From contig CAWJZV010000025.1 in assembly GCA_963847445.1 (NCBI GenBank), positions 64,001-128,000 on the forward strand: a stretch of DNA of 64,000 nt, read 5' to 3'. This stretch comes from an uncultured delta proteobacterium. Lineage in GTDB: Bacteria; Desulfobacterota; Binatia; UBA9968. Of the stretch, positions 1 through 13,081 are shown piece after piece. The notes under the pieces were generated by a model. The model was given only the letters and a program-made list of their open reading frames with translations. It was not told the origin of the DNA and did not search any database. Numbering within the stretch: the first letter of the stretch is position 1; each line of letters starts with the position of its first letter. A program made the position numbers and the translations under genes.

Positions 1-350
1 CGTCACGCGTGCAGCTGATGCCGTTTAACGACACGCCCAATCCCGGCGGCGAATACAAAGTCTGGATGCAGCGGCCAAGGGTATCGACTCTTGACCAGTT
101 GCAACGTATCGATCCATGACTCGATGACGGCGATGATCGACCGATGTCGATAAGTAACGATTCTATCCGATGCTTAGAATCCGGATACTGTCGGAACGAC
201 GGACTGCCACACGACTTGAAGTCGATCGTTGACGGCTATGACGGCGACGATCCAATTCCGACGGACACCGACGACGATCCGATGCCGCGGACCAGTCGCT
301 GACGCATATCGATGCGACCGATCCGTTGTAGATCGACTCCCGACTCATAA
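1..350 (+). other. Degraded or low-quality 3' end of a probable secreted protein gene (partial)
   Basis: Frame 3 reads VQLMPFNDTPNPGGEYKVWM. Asp-rich fragments follow in broken frames (DGYDGDDPIPTDTDDDP), then a strong terminator. Confidence 0.3.
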
Positions 351-368
351 ACAAAAGCGCAACGCGCC

Positions 369-406
369 AAAAAGGGGAACAGCTGAAAGCTGTTCCCCTT
401 TTTTTT
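369..406 (+). terminator. Rho-independent terminator, possibly bidirectional
   Basis: Perfect stem GGGGAACAGCT-gaa-AGCTGTTCCCC (374-398), followed by T8 and preceded by A5. Confidence 0.9.
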
Positions 407-559
407 ATCTGGAAGTGGGCGAATCGATTCAGCGGCCATTTCACGAACTCGCCAGGTCCGCGATCATATTCTGGCCGGGTCTCTTGTCAACGGATGCACC
501 TTTATACTAAGTGAGTTCTCAGCAAACTGCTATCGAGACAGCTTTTAACCGTAGGAGGC

Positions 560-829
560 GTGCCAATGACGCGCAAATGCTTGGTTCGATTCGTAAGCTT
601 TGTTTTAACCGCATGGTTACTTACAGCCCGTTCGGCTGCCGCGATCGATAATATCCGCGTCGCGCATCCCTCGCTTTCGGCATCGGTGGTCTGTCTGATC
701 ATCGCCAACAAAGAAGGCTACTACAAGGAAGAAGGGATCAACGTCGAGTTTCTCAGCATCCGCGGCGAGAATGTGAAGCTCGCGCGCAAGGCCAATGAGG
801 AGTTAAAGGCGAGCGGTTGGAAGCCGTAG
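560..829 (+). pseudogene. Internally deleted ABC substrate-binding protein (NMT1/SsuA-like) remnant
   Basis: RBS AGGAGG, signal peptide and N-terminal motif IRVAHPSLS..KEGYYKEEGINVEF, fused in frame to a C-terminal-like tail ARKANEELKASGWKP. Only 89 aa versus ~330 expected. Confidence 0.65.
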
Positions 830-909
830 TTGCCTGCCGCAAGGCGTGTACTGAGCGAATGCAAAGGAACCGCAGTCGCGCAAAGGCCGCAAAAGAAAGT
901 AGTTAGTTT

Positions 910-933
910 GTACGGGCGTATGGCATACGCCCT
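910..933. repeat. REP-like hairpin
   Basis: GTAC-GGGCGTATG-g-CATACGCCC. Confidence 0.55.
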
Positions 934-960
934 CTCTATCGCGCAGCGCGGATGATCTCA

Positions 961-1035
961 TTCACCACGAAGGACACGAAGGGTTCGGAAGATGATAACT
1001 CCGACCTTCGTGCTCTTCGTTTCCTTCGTGGTGAA
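961..1035. repeat. Palindromic intergenic element built from CACGAAG units
   Basis: Perfect 14-bp terminal inverted repeat TTCACCACGAAGGA / TCCTTCGTGGTGAA, with further inner pairing. Confidence 0.8.
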
Positions 1036-1060
1036 AATATTCCTTCACTGATAGCTCAAA

Positions 1061-2191
1061 TTACCCGATCCCATACAGCTTCGCCGGATTCTTCTCCAAA
1101 ATACTTTCCTTCGCCGATTCGCTGATGTCGCTGCGCTTCTGCAAGATCGCGGCGGCGCAGCGGTCGCGGTCGCCGTGGGGCATGTCGCTGCCGAAGATGA
1201 CTTGGCCTTCGCCGACGAGATTCAATACGTTCGGCAGGATTTCGTCTTCGACTTCGGTGCTGAAATAGATGTTGCCTTGTTTGATGTATTCCATCACCGG
1301 CAGTTTTTGGATCGGCGCGGTTTGCGGCAGGAATTTTCTTAGCGTCGAACCTTGGTTTTTGAAGCGGTGATGGATTCGCTCGATGATGAACGGCACCCAT
1401 TGGCAGCCGGCTTCGAGAAAAACTACTTTCATCTGCGGAAATCGATCGAGCACGCCGCCGCTGACCAGCGCCGTGAAGGCCATCAGTAGCGGCACGTGAA
1501 AGGCGATGACGCCGGACGGGTAGATATGCGAGTAGAGATTATTTATTGACGGGCAAGACCAGCCGACATGGACGCCTAAGGCGAGATTTTCTTCGCAGAG
1601 CGCGGCGTAAAACGGATCGAGGCGCGGGTGGTCGAGCATGTCGTCGCCGGCGGTGCCGAGCACCATGACCGAGACGGCACCGAGCTTTTTTGCTTCACGA
1701 ACTTGTGCGACCGCCCCGGGGATGTCGTCGAGATTGACCACCGCCGACCACTTGATGCGCGCTTGACCGGCCAAGCGTTGGCCCATCCAGCGATTATAAG
1801 CAGAGGTGAGCGCGGTAGCCAGCGGCACATTCTTCGTCAGCGGGTAGGCGAGGAACAGCGTTGTGTAGATGACCTGCACGGCGATGTCTTCGTCATCCAT
1901 TAGCTTCAAGCGCGCCGCGATGTCGTCCAGCTCCATGCTGGCGATACTTTCCTGCTTACCCATGGTGTGGGCGGCGACCTGGCCGTTGACGTTGGTCGGC
2001 GTGCCGAGATTGTGACAGCCCGGGCCGACGCGGCGCGGATAGAGCTGCTCTTCGATCACCCAGTAGGCCAGACCGTCGACGCCGGTGACGCGCGGGCGCA
2101 GCGCGCGAAATGCCGGGTCCAAATATTTATCGCTAAACGTATCTAAATTTTCTTCGACATGGCCGTCGGCATCGATGACTCGCATGGGCAA
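1061..2191 (-). CDS. Amidohydrolase family protein (Amidohydro_2)
   Basis: 376 aa. IDADGHVEE metal motif, GVHVG, FLEAGCQW, FGSDMPHGD and NPAKLYG. Confidence 0.92.
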   Translation of the reverse strand: MPMRVIDADGHVEENLDTFSDKYLDPAFRALRPRVTGVDGLAYWVIEEQLYPRRVGPGCHNLGTPTNVNGQVAAHTMGKQESIASMELDDIAARLKLMDDEDIAVQVIYTTLFLAYPLTKNVPLATALTSAYNRWMGQRLAGQARIKWSAVVNLDDIPGAVAQVREAKKLGAVSVMVLGTAGDDMLDHPRLDPFYAALCEENLALGVHVGWSCPSINNLYSHIYPSGVIAFHVPLLMAFTALVSGGVLDRFPQMKVVFLEAGCQWVPFIIERIHHRFKNQGSTLRKFLPQTAPIQKLPVMEYIKQGNIYFSTEVEDEILPNVLNLVGEGQVIFGSDMPHGDRDRCAAAILQKRSDISESAKESILEKNPAKLYGIG

Positions 2192-2408
2192 TCCCTCCTA
2201 ATCGAGTTGAGCTGTATTACTTGGCCGTGCGAGTTGTCAAGAAGGTCTGTGCGTGGAATACAATCAACACGCGCTGCCGTGCCACATGGCCCGGGTAAAT
2301 TCATCGGGTAAATTCTTCATTACAAAACTGTTCGGTTTTGCTACAATCATGTCGTTCTGAACCTTTGTAGCTGCCCGCGTTGAGCGCAAGAGTTTTCGGT
2401 CGATCCAT

Positions 2409-3881
2409 ATGGCGGACATTTTTATCAGTTACGCAAACGAAGACCGCGAGACTGCGGGGCATCTTGCCCGAGCTCTCGAATCGGCCGGCTTGAGCGTGTG
2501 GTGGGACCGCCGCATCCCGGCAGGCCGCACTTGGCGCGCCGTCCTCGAAGAGGCGCTGCAGGGCATGCGCTGCTTGATCGTGCTGTGGTCGGAAAACTCG
2601 TTAAAAAGTCCATGGGTCCTGGAAGAAGCCGAAGAGGCACGCCGGTTGGAAAAACTGCTCTTTCCAGTGCTTATTAAAACTGTCGCGCCGCCAGTGGGGT
2701 TTCGCGCGATCCAAGCGGCTAACTTGATAGACTGGGACGGTTCCGCCGATGCGCCGGCAGTACCGTTGTTGATCGCTGACCTAAAAGCATTGCTGGGCGA
2801 TGCCAAGCGGCCGATGAGTAAGCCCAAAGTTGCTGATGACATTTCGCGTCCACCGGCAAGCGAAGAGATCCCATGGCAATTCCCCTTGCGCCGGCTGTTC
2901 GCGGGCCACTGGAAGAAATTGGTTGGCGGTGGAGCGGCGCTTGCCGGAGTTCTCGTGGCACTACAAATTTCAATGCCTGGTCGAATCGCCCGTGAAACTC
3001 AATCGGTGGCGCCGGTGCACGAACCGGCTCCGTCTCAACCGCCGGCGCGTCGACTGACTGCGATCATCATCGATGGAACGCGCCGACAGTTGAAGCCCGC
3101 CGACAGCTTGGCGCTCACACTGCAAGGACAGTATTCCGATGGGACAAAGAGTGATGTCGCGGGTCCAGTCGATTGGACAAGCAGCGATGCTAGCGTTGCG
3201 GTTGTCGATACGCAAGGAAAGGTGAAGGCGTTACAGCCGGGCATGGCCGAGATATCGGCGCGTCAGGGAGAGCTTGTCAGTGCGTCATGGACCGTGACTG
3301 TGAAATCGGACGAAAAAATCGTCAGAGAGATCCCAGCCGTCAGAATGGTGAAACTTGAAATCATGCCTGCGCGCAAGGAACTGCTCGCGAACGATAAAGT
3401 CGCGCTGCGTGTGCATGGCCGCTATTCCGACCAAAGTGAAAAGCCGATTACCCGTGACTTGCGGTGGCAAATCAGCGATCCGACGATCGCCGCCATCACG
3501 CCCGAAGGTCAACTCAGTGGCTTGCGACCGGGCCGAGTCGATGTCGCGGTGCGCGCCGGCGACGTGACCAGCGCTCCGGTCACCCTTGTCGTGAAGGAGT
3601 TGCCGAAAAAAGCGCAGGTCGAAATACCTTTGCGGAAAACACCCATTGAAACAAAAGCCGCAGTAGCGCCCGCGCCTGTGGAGGCGGTCAAGGCAAGGCT
3701 CGGACCTTACATCGCGCGCGCCAAAAGCTTACGCGAGCAGGGACAATATGCAGCGGCGTTGGCGGAATTACAGAAAGCGGCCGCGGTCGATCCGAGTAAC
3801 GCTGAGCTGGTTAACGAAATCGAAAAAACCAAAAGAGCCTGTGCCGCAGAGAGAAGTCTAGGCCAGCGAATCGACTGCTGA
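2409..3881 (+). CDS. TIR-domain membrane protein with two Ig-like (Big_2) domains and a C-terminal TPR
   Basis: N-terminal DIFISYA..WWDRRIPAG..VLWSENSLKSPWVLEEA (TIR_2). Hydrophobic segment at ~aa 171-190. Repeats WTSSDASVAVVDTQGKVKALQPG and WQISDPTIAAITPEGQLSGLRPG. TPR YAAALAELQKAAAVDPSN. Confidence 0.88.
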   Translation: MADIFISYANEDRETAGHLARALESAGLSVWWDRRIPAGRTWRAVLEEALQGMRCLIVLWSENSLKSPWVLEEAEEARRLEKLLFPVLIKTVAPPVGFRAIQAANLIDWDGSADAPAVPLLIADLKALLGDAKRPMSKPKVADDISRPPASEEIPWQFPLRRLFAGHWKKLVGGGAALAGVLVALQISMPGRIARETQSVAPVHEPAPSQPPARRLTAIIIDGTRRQLKPADSLALTLQGQYSDGTKSDVAGPVDWTSSDASVAVVDTQGKVKALQPGMAEISARQGELVSASWTVTVKSDEKIVREIPAVRMVKLEIMPARKELLANDKVALRVHGRYSDQSEKPITRDLRWQISDPTIAAITPEGQLSGLRPGRVDVAVRAGDVTSAPVTLVVKELPKKAQVEIPLRKTPIETKAAVAPAPVEAVKARLGPYIARAKSLREQGQYAAALAELQKAAAVDPSNAELVNEIEKTKRACAAERSLGQRIDC

Positions 3882-3916
3882 AAGAGTAAACTATACCGGC
3901 CATTCGCACTCCGTTG

Positions 3917-4757
3917 TTAACGCCGCCGCCGTTGGAATTCGTCGGCTTCGTCACGCCGGGCGCGATCGCTTTCTTCTTCCAACTTGTAACCCACCGATTC
4001 GGCGCCGGTGATGACGGCCTCCCAATCGCGCGGACTCGCCGTGGCAGCGCGTAGTCCCCGGGCAATTTCCGCGCGAATCTCTCCCGACGGATCCCAAAAA
4101 CGTCCTTGAGCAGTGCTGGAGATAGTGTAGTTGAGCCAGTCGCGCAGGCCGGTTAAAGCACGTGGTAATCTCCTTGGCGCCCTCGTTGCGCTGATTGTCG
4201 CTCGGTTGATTTTGTTTAACGCGCTCGGCGCGAAGCTTGCGCAGATCATCCAACAAGATGGTGTCGGCGCCGGCGTTTTTTAGCTGGGTTTCAGTCTCTA
4301 CGTTGAGATCGAAGGCAACGCCGCGTTCGCGCGCCAGCGTACTCACTCGCCGGGGCGCTACCCCTTCGCGTAGCGCATAGGAAACTTCTTGCAGGGTAAA
4401 AACGTTGGCCGGAGGCGCCGACGACTGGACGCGGAGCATGGTCAGCCCGCGGTAAAGCCGCGCGACATAGTCGTCCTTAACATAAGTGAGAGCCTTGTCG
4501 AAGGCAACTTTGGCCTCGGCGTATCGTCCCGAGTTGTAGTGCGCGCGCCCGACATAGGTCCAGATACTTTTGCGCGGCGCCGGCGAATCGGCAACGTAAC
4601 CGGGATCGGCTTGCGCCACACGATCGAAATAAGCGACGGCATTATCCGGCTCGCCGCGCAAAAGCGCTTGCCGCCCGGATAAGAAGCCGGTGCCCGATCC
4701 AGCGCATGCGGCAATCGCTAAACAAGACGACGCTAATAATAACAATCGAAACTGCAT
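3917..4757 (-). CDS. TPR-containing lipoprotein (frameshift near 4160)
   Basis: MQFRLLLLASSCLAIAAC lipobox and TPR motifs (YVGRAHYNSGRYAEAKVAFDKAL). The C-terminus continues in ORF 3917..4249. Confidence 0.75.
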
Positions 4758-4899
4758 GGTCAGTAATAAGATAAGCACGCTAGGACGAAAAGACAATAAG
4801 CCACGGGCGATCGAGCAGCGCCGGACCGCTTGCGCTATTTTGAATTTGCCGGCTTGTGGGCTTGAGATCCTTCTGCTAAGGACAAATGGCAATCACGTC

Positions 4900-6135
4900 A
4901 TGCGTTTCTCTCCGACACCCTGGTTAATCGCCGCGTTTGCTTTCGTCGTGCTCGGTTTTTCGCGCGGGTTGCATTCTTCTTTCGGTGTTTTCAACGTCGC
5001 TTTACTCGATGCCTTCGGTTGGAGCCGGGGGGCGACGGCGGGGATATTTTCCATCGTCCTTGCCGTCGACGCGCTGCTTTCTCCCGGAGCTGGGTATTTA
5101 CTCGACCGCTACGGCACCAGGAAAATTGCCATTGCCGGCTGTCTCACTCTGGGAGTTGGGCTTTTTCTCAGCAGCCAGGTGTCGGCGCTGTGGCAACTCT
5201 ATATCTGCTTCGGGCTCGTGCTCGCCACCGGCTTCACCTTGACCGGCATGGTGCCGCATATTTTTTTGATCTCGGAATGGTTTTCGGCCAATCGCGCTTC
5301 GGCCATCGGCGTGGTCTACGCCGGCAGCGGCGTCGGCATCATGTTGTTGGCGCCGCTCAGCGAATGGCTGCTTTCCGGCTATGGCTGGGAGCGCACTTTC
5401 GAAATCTACGCGGCGATGGTGTTGGTCTTGCTACTGCCTATCGTGTTGGTTTCCTATCAACCGGGGCCGCACGGGCATAGCGGCGGTCATCATGCACTGA
5501 AGAAAGACGAGCAGAAGCAGTGGACCGCTAAGCTGGCGTTGCAGAGTTTGCAGTTCTGGCTGTTGTTTATCGCCCGCATCGGCGCGGCCTGCGGCACGAC
5601 CGTCATCGTCACCCATCAAGTCGCCCATGTCGTCGATGTCGGCTTTAGCAAATTATTGGCGGCGTCGATTTTTGGTTTCGCCGGCATCACCAGCAGTTTC
5701 GGCCGGGTGATTTTCGGCTTTATCGCCGACCGCTTGACCAAACAGGCGGCCTATACGCTGAATATTGCCATGACCGTCGTCGGCGTCGGCGCTTTGATGT
5801 TGCTGCGCGATCCGAGTCAGGCCTGGCTGCTTTACGTCTACGTGATTTTTTTCGGCATTGGCTTCGGCTCGCGGGCGGTGATTTTTTCCTCGCTCACCGC
5901 CGATATCTTTTCCGGCAAAGGCTTCGGTTCGATCCTCGGTTATTCCACGGTCGCCGTCGGCGTCGGCGGCGCGTTGGGCTCTTTCTTCGGCGGCGTGTTC
6001 CATGACTGGACCGGCAGCTATACCATGTCGTTTACGCTTTCCACCTTGCTGCTGGCGATCTCCGATGTCTGCATCTGGCTCGCCGCGGTTCCGGCGGTGG
6101 CGCTGTACGACCAGCGGCTGTGGGCGCGGCGTTGA
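4900..6135 (+). CDS. MFS transporter
   Basis: About 12 TM segments. Motif A GYLLDRYGTRK and GFIADRLTK. Likely ATG at 4900. Confidence 0.92.
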   Translation: MRFSPTPWLIAAFAFVVLGFSRGLHSSFGVFNVALLDAFGWSRGATAGIFSIVLAVDALLSPGAGYLLDRYGTRKIAIAGCLTLGVGLFLSSQVSALWQLYICFGLVLATGFTLTGMVPHIFLISEWFSANRASAIGVVYAGSGVGIMLLAPLSEWLLSGYGWERTFEIYAAMVLVLLLPIVLVSYQPGPHGHSGGHHALKKDEQKQWTAKLALQSLQFWLLFIARIGAACGTTVIVTHQVAHVVDVGFSKLLAASIFGFAGITSSFGRVIFGFIADRLTKQAAYTLNIAMTVVGVGALMLLRDPSQAWLLYVYVIFFGIGFGSRAVIFSSLTADIFSGKGFGSILGYSTVAVGVGGALGSFFGGVFHDWTGSYTMSFTLSTLLLAISDVCIWLAAVPAVALYDQRLWARR

Positions 6136-6139
6136 ACGC

Positions 6140-6175
6140 ATTCAAGCCGTTCAAATAGTTCAAAACATTCAAGCG
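6140..6175. repeat. 9-bp periodic tandem repeat (RTTCAAnnn x4)
   Basis: attcaagcc gttcaaata gttcaaaac attcaagcg. Confidence 0.7.
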
Positions 6176-6259
6176 GTTAAACTCATTGGTTCACCATCGC
6201 TCCGAGCAACTCGCCTTGAGCCGCTGCGGAGAAGTTGCTAGCGTAGATTTTTCACACTT

Positions 6260-6628
6260 ATGGATGCTCGGCTGCGCGACGGTATACGTCTATTTAACGA
6301 CCGGAAGTTCTTCGCTTGCCACGAGATCCTGGAAGAGTTTTACCGCGACAGCGAGGCGGAGAACAAAGCGTTTCTCGAAGGTTTGATTCAGCTGGCGGCG
6401 GCGTTTCGTATGTTTGTCGACTTCGCCGAAGTGAAGGGGGCGGTGCGGGGGATTTATCAGGCGCTGATTCGCTTTGAGAACTATCAGCCGGTGTTTCTCC
6501 AAGTGCGGGTGAAGGAGCTTTGCGCGGAAGCCGAGGCTTGGGCCAAAGCGGCCGAGCCGCCAGGCGCCACGCCGTCGGCATTGAACATTCCGAAAATCCA
6601 GCTCCAACGTTTCAGCCTCTTTTCATGA
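6260..6628 (+). CDS. DUF309 domain protein
   Basis: GIRLFNDRKFFACHEILE...GLIQLAAA signature. Confidence 0.85.
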   Translation: MDARLRDGIRLFNDRKFFACHEILEEFYRDSEAENKAFLEGLIQLAAAFRMFVDFAEVKGAVRGIYQALIRFENYQPVFLQVRVKELCAEAEAWAKAAEPPGATPSALNIPKIQLQRFSLFS

Positions 6629-6635
6629 CCGACCT

Positions 6636-10190
<3,555 letters not shown>

Positions 10191-10206
<16 letters not shown>

Positions 10207-10264
10207 TGGAGTGATGGAGTGTCGGGGGCCTCGGCCCATTTCTCCAATACTCCAGTACTCCAAT
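10191..10264. repeat. Palindromic element of 8-bp units (TGGAGTnn x4 ... nCTCCAnT x3)
   Basis: tggagtgt tggagtag tggagtga tggagtgt, then tctccaat actccagt actccaat. Overlaps the mfd stop codon. Confidence 0.8.
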
Positions 10265-10290
10265 CCGGTTCAAGTCGTGTTGCTTCAATC

Positions 10291-11580
10291 ATGAAGGCCG
10301 ATATTATCCCGCCGGCGCCGAGCCGCATGATGCAAACCTGTTATCCCTGGGTCGTCATCGGTGTGGCGTTTCTCACCGTGGCCATGGCCTTTGGCGCGCG
10401 TAATGCTTTTGCCGTATTTCTCATCGCGGTCATCGAAGAGTTTCATTGGAGCCGCGCGCTCGCCTCGGGCGCCTTGATGTTGGGTTCGCTGGTGTGGACG
10501 GTGGTGGCGCCGGTGATCGGCAACCTGCTCGACCGCTATGGACCGCGACCGGTGATGACTGGCGGTGCGCTGGTCATGGCCGCGGGGTTGATCGTCAGCG
10601 GGCTGGCCGACACGGTGGTGGAATTTTATCTCGGCATGGGCATTCTCGTCGGTGCCGGCTTCGCCGCCCTGCCGATGACCTCGCAGGCGACCTTTCTCGC
10701 CAATTGGTTCGTGCGCAAGCGCGGCATGGCCATCGGCCTGGCAGCGTCCGGCATCGGTCTGGGCATACTCATCGTCGTGCCGCTTACTCAATGGCTAATC
10801 GCCAACTTCGGCTGGCGGCAGGCGTTTTTTATTCTCGCCGGCTTATTGATTTGCCTGGTGGCACCGGCGAATTTTTTCTTGCAGCGCCAGCGGCCGGAAC
10901 AAATGGGACTGAAACCGGACTTCGGCGCCTATGAGGGGCCGGTGCCCACCGGCCATGGCCATGGCGGCAACGCCGGCGCTCAGGGGATCACGCTCAAGCA
11001 GGCGCTGCGCACGACGCGCTTTTGGTCCTTTGCCGCCGGCGTGCTGTTCGGCGCGATTCCGCTGCATATGGTGTTGATTCACCAGGTGGCGGCGGTCAAC
11101 GACGCCGGCTATTCCAAGGAGGTTGCCGCTTTGGCCCTAGGCTTGATCGGTTTGTTCACAGCGCCCAGTATGATTCTCATGGGGTTGCTTGCCGATCGCA
11201 TCGGCCGTCCGCGCTGTTACGCTCTCGGCTCGGCGTCGCTGATGCTTGGCACCGCATTCTTGATGATTATCGGTTTCTCACAGCAGGACTGGCTGCTTTA
11301 CGCTTTCCCGCCATTGATCGCCTTCGGTTTTTCGTCGCGCCAGTCGCTCTATCCGACCATCGCGGCGGATTTATTTCACGGCAAGTCCTTTGGCGCGATC
11401 ATCGGCGCCATTGCGCTGTTCATCGGCGCCGGCGCCGGCATCGGCCCCTGGCTCGGCGGCGCGGTGTATGACTGGACCGGCAGCTATCTAGGGGCATTTT
11501 GGCTCGCCCAGATCCTGTCATTTCTCTCGGTCTGCTTCATCGGCTGGGCGGCACGGGCGGCGACCCCGGCAAAAATTTAG
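10291..11580 (+). CDS. MFS transporter
   Basis: GNLLDRYGPRP and GLLADRIGRP, about 12 TM segments. Paralog-like to 4900..6135 (both have DWTGSY). Confidence 0.92.
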   Translation: MKADIIPPAPSRMMQTCYPWVVIGVAFLTVAMAFGARNAFAVFLIAVIEEFHWSRALASGALMLGSLVWTVVAPVIGNLLDRYGPRPVMTGGALVMAAGLIVSGLADTVVEFYLGMGILVGAGFAALPMTSQATFLANWFVRKRGMAIGLAASGIGLGILIVVPLTQWLIANFGWRQAFFILAGLLICLVAPANFFLQRQRPEQMGLKPDFGAYEGPVPTGHGHGGNAGAQGITLKQALRTTRFWSFAAGVLFGAIPLHMVLIHQVAAVNDAGYSKEVAALALGLIGLFTAPSMILMGLLADRIGRPRCYALGSASLMLGTAFLMIIGFSQQDWLLYAFPPLIAFGFSSRQSLYPTIAADLFHGKSFGAIIGAIALFIGAGAGIGPWLGGAVYDWTGSYLGAFWLAQILSFLSVCFIGWAARAATPAKI

Positions 11581-11706
11581 ATAATCGGCATCGACGCCCG
11601 CCGGTGTTTAAGCCCTATACAACGGCAATCTCTGGGGATTTGCTGGTTTGGAATTCAAAATTGACTATGTTACCTTTCAGCGAGTTTGGCAGCGGGGATC
11701 TTGACC

Positions 11707-13014
11707 ATGTACATACGAGCGAAATATGTCGGGTTATGGCTGTTGGCGCTAGTCGTCATGCCGCATAGCCTGTCAGCGGCCGTGATCGAGCAGCTGATCG
11801 CTGTGATTGATGGCGAGCCTTATACGCTCACCAATGTCAGCACCTTCGCGAAAAGTCGCCTGGCGAAATCCTTCCCGACGGGAAATTTGCAGCAGATCAA
11901 TACCGCCGACCGCGAGGTCTTGGAGCAGTTCATCACGGACAAGCTCATGGAAGCGGAAGTGCGCGAAGCCGGAATTCGGATCACCGACGACGATGTCAGT
12001 CGCTATATCGAACAGGTCAAGAAAAACAATCGCCTTTCCGATGAGGATTTCAAGGCTTCCCTATCCCGCGAGGGGTTTAACCTGGCGAGCTACATGATCT
12101 CAGTCAAGACTGAGATGGAAAAAGCCGAGGTCATCGACCGCCAAGTCAAGCGCAAGGTCAACATCACCGACGAAGACGTCGAGCGCTATTACAAACTTAA
12201 CGCAAAAAACTACCGCGCCAATGAACGGGCCCGCATCCGGCATATTTTGTTGTCCTTGCCGGAAAAAGCTCCCGCCGACCAAGTCAATGCCGTGTCTGCC
12301 AAGGCTCGGGAGTTGTACAAAAGAATTGTCGCAGGGGAAGACTTCGCCGCCGTGGCGCGGGAGTCTTCCGAGGGCGCCGGGCGGGCCGATGGCGGCGACA
12401 TCGGCTGGGTGAACAAAGGTACGTTGATCGCCGGGCTCGAAGAAGTTGCCTTTGAAAAGCTCAGTCCAGGTAAAGTAAGCGAGCCGTTCCGCACCAGCAT
12501 GGGAATACATATCGTCAAACTGGAAGCGCGCGAAGCCGGTAGTGTCCTGCCGCTCAGTACGGTAGCGCCGAAAATCAAGCAAGAGCTGCTCACCAAAGCC
12601 ATGGAAGAGCGTTTCGCTAAATGGCTCAAGTCCGATTTGCGCCGCAAACATCGCGTCGATGTCAAGCTCGCCGGGGTGACGTTCAAACCGGAAGAATCGA
12701 AAGAAGAAACCGTCAATGCGTTGATGGCGCGTTCGAACCGGCCGGCGCGCCGCGAGCCGCGCTCGGCATTGAGCTATTTGAATCCGATGTCCTACATCGT
12801 CAACGAGACGCCATTCGAGGACGAAGATCCCAAGAGCCCGTTGTCGAACAAAAGCGTCGTTAGTATCTTCGGTATGCCGCTATTCGTCACCGACAAGGCC
12901 GACGATTCGCCGGATATTTTCGCGCCGCCGCCTGAAGAAAAGGCCGGGCAGTCGAAGGGAATTTTCTCGTCGATCGTCGATTCGCTCAATCCGTTCTCGT
13001 CAAAAAAGCCCTAA
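11707..13014 (+). CDS. surA: SurA-like peptidyl-prolyl isomerase chaperone
   Basis: Signal peptide, SurA N-domain (IAVIDGEP), parvulin domain (RIRHILL..GGDIGW..GIHIVK), upstream of pdxA. Confidence 0.8.
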   Translation: MYIRAKYVGLWLLALVVMPHSLSAAVIEQLIAVIDGEPYTLTNVSTFAKSRLAKSFPTGNLQQINTADREVLEQFITDKLMEAEVREAGIRITDDDVSRYIEQVKKNNRLSDEDFKASLSREGFNLASYMISVKTEMEKAEVIDRQVKRKVNITDEDVERYYKLNAKNYRANERARIRHILLSLPEKAPADQVNAVSAKARELYKRIVAGEDFAAVARESSEGAGRADGGDIGWVNKGTLIAGLEEVAFEKLSPGKVSEPFRTSMGIHIVKLEAREAGSVLPLSTVAPKIKQELLTKAMEERFAKWLKSDLRRKHRVDVKLAGVTFKPEESKEETVNALMARSNRPARREPRSALSYLNPMSYIVNETPFEDEDPKSPLSNKSVVSIFGMPLFVTDKADDSPDIFAPPPEEKAGQSKGIFSSIVDSLNPFSSKKP

Positions 13015-13081
13015 TCTCTTGCCTGACCGTTCGTAAGTGGAGATAATCGAGCAACTATCTCTCGCGACGTTGCACCACTGC

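Noticed and set aside
110-350. GATC/GACG-rich quasi-repeats as a CRISPR array or novel repeat
   Set aside because: No constant repeat or spacer length. Looks like a low-quality Asp-rich coding tail at the window edge.
2409-4757. Thoeris, CBASS or Pycsar defence system
   Set aside because: No ThsA, cyclase, STING or other effector or defence genes are adjacent.
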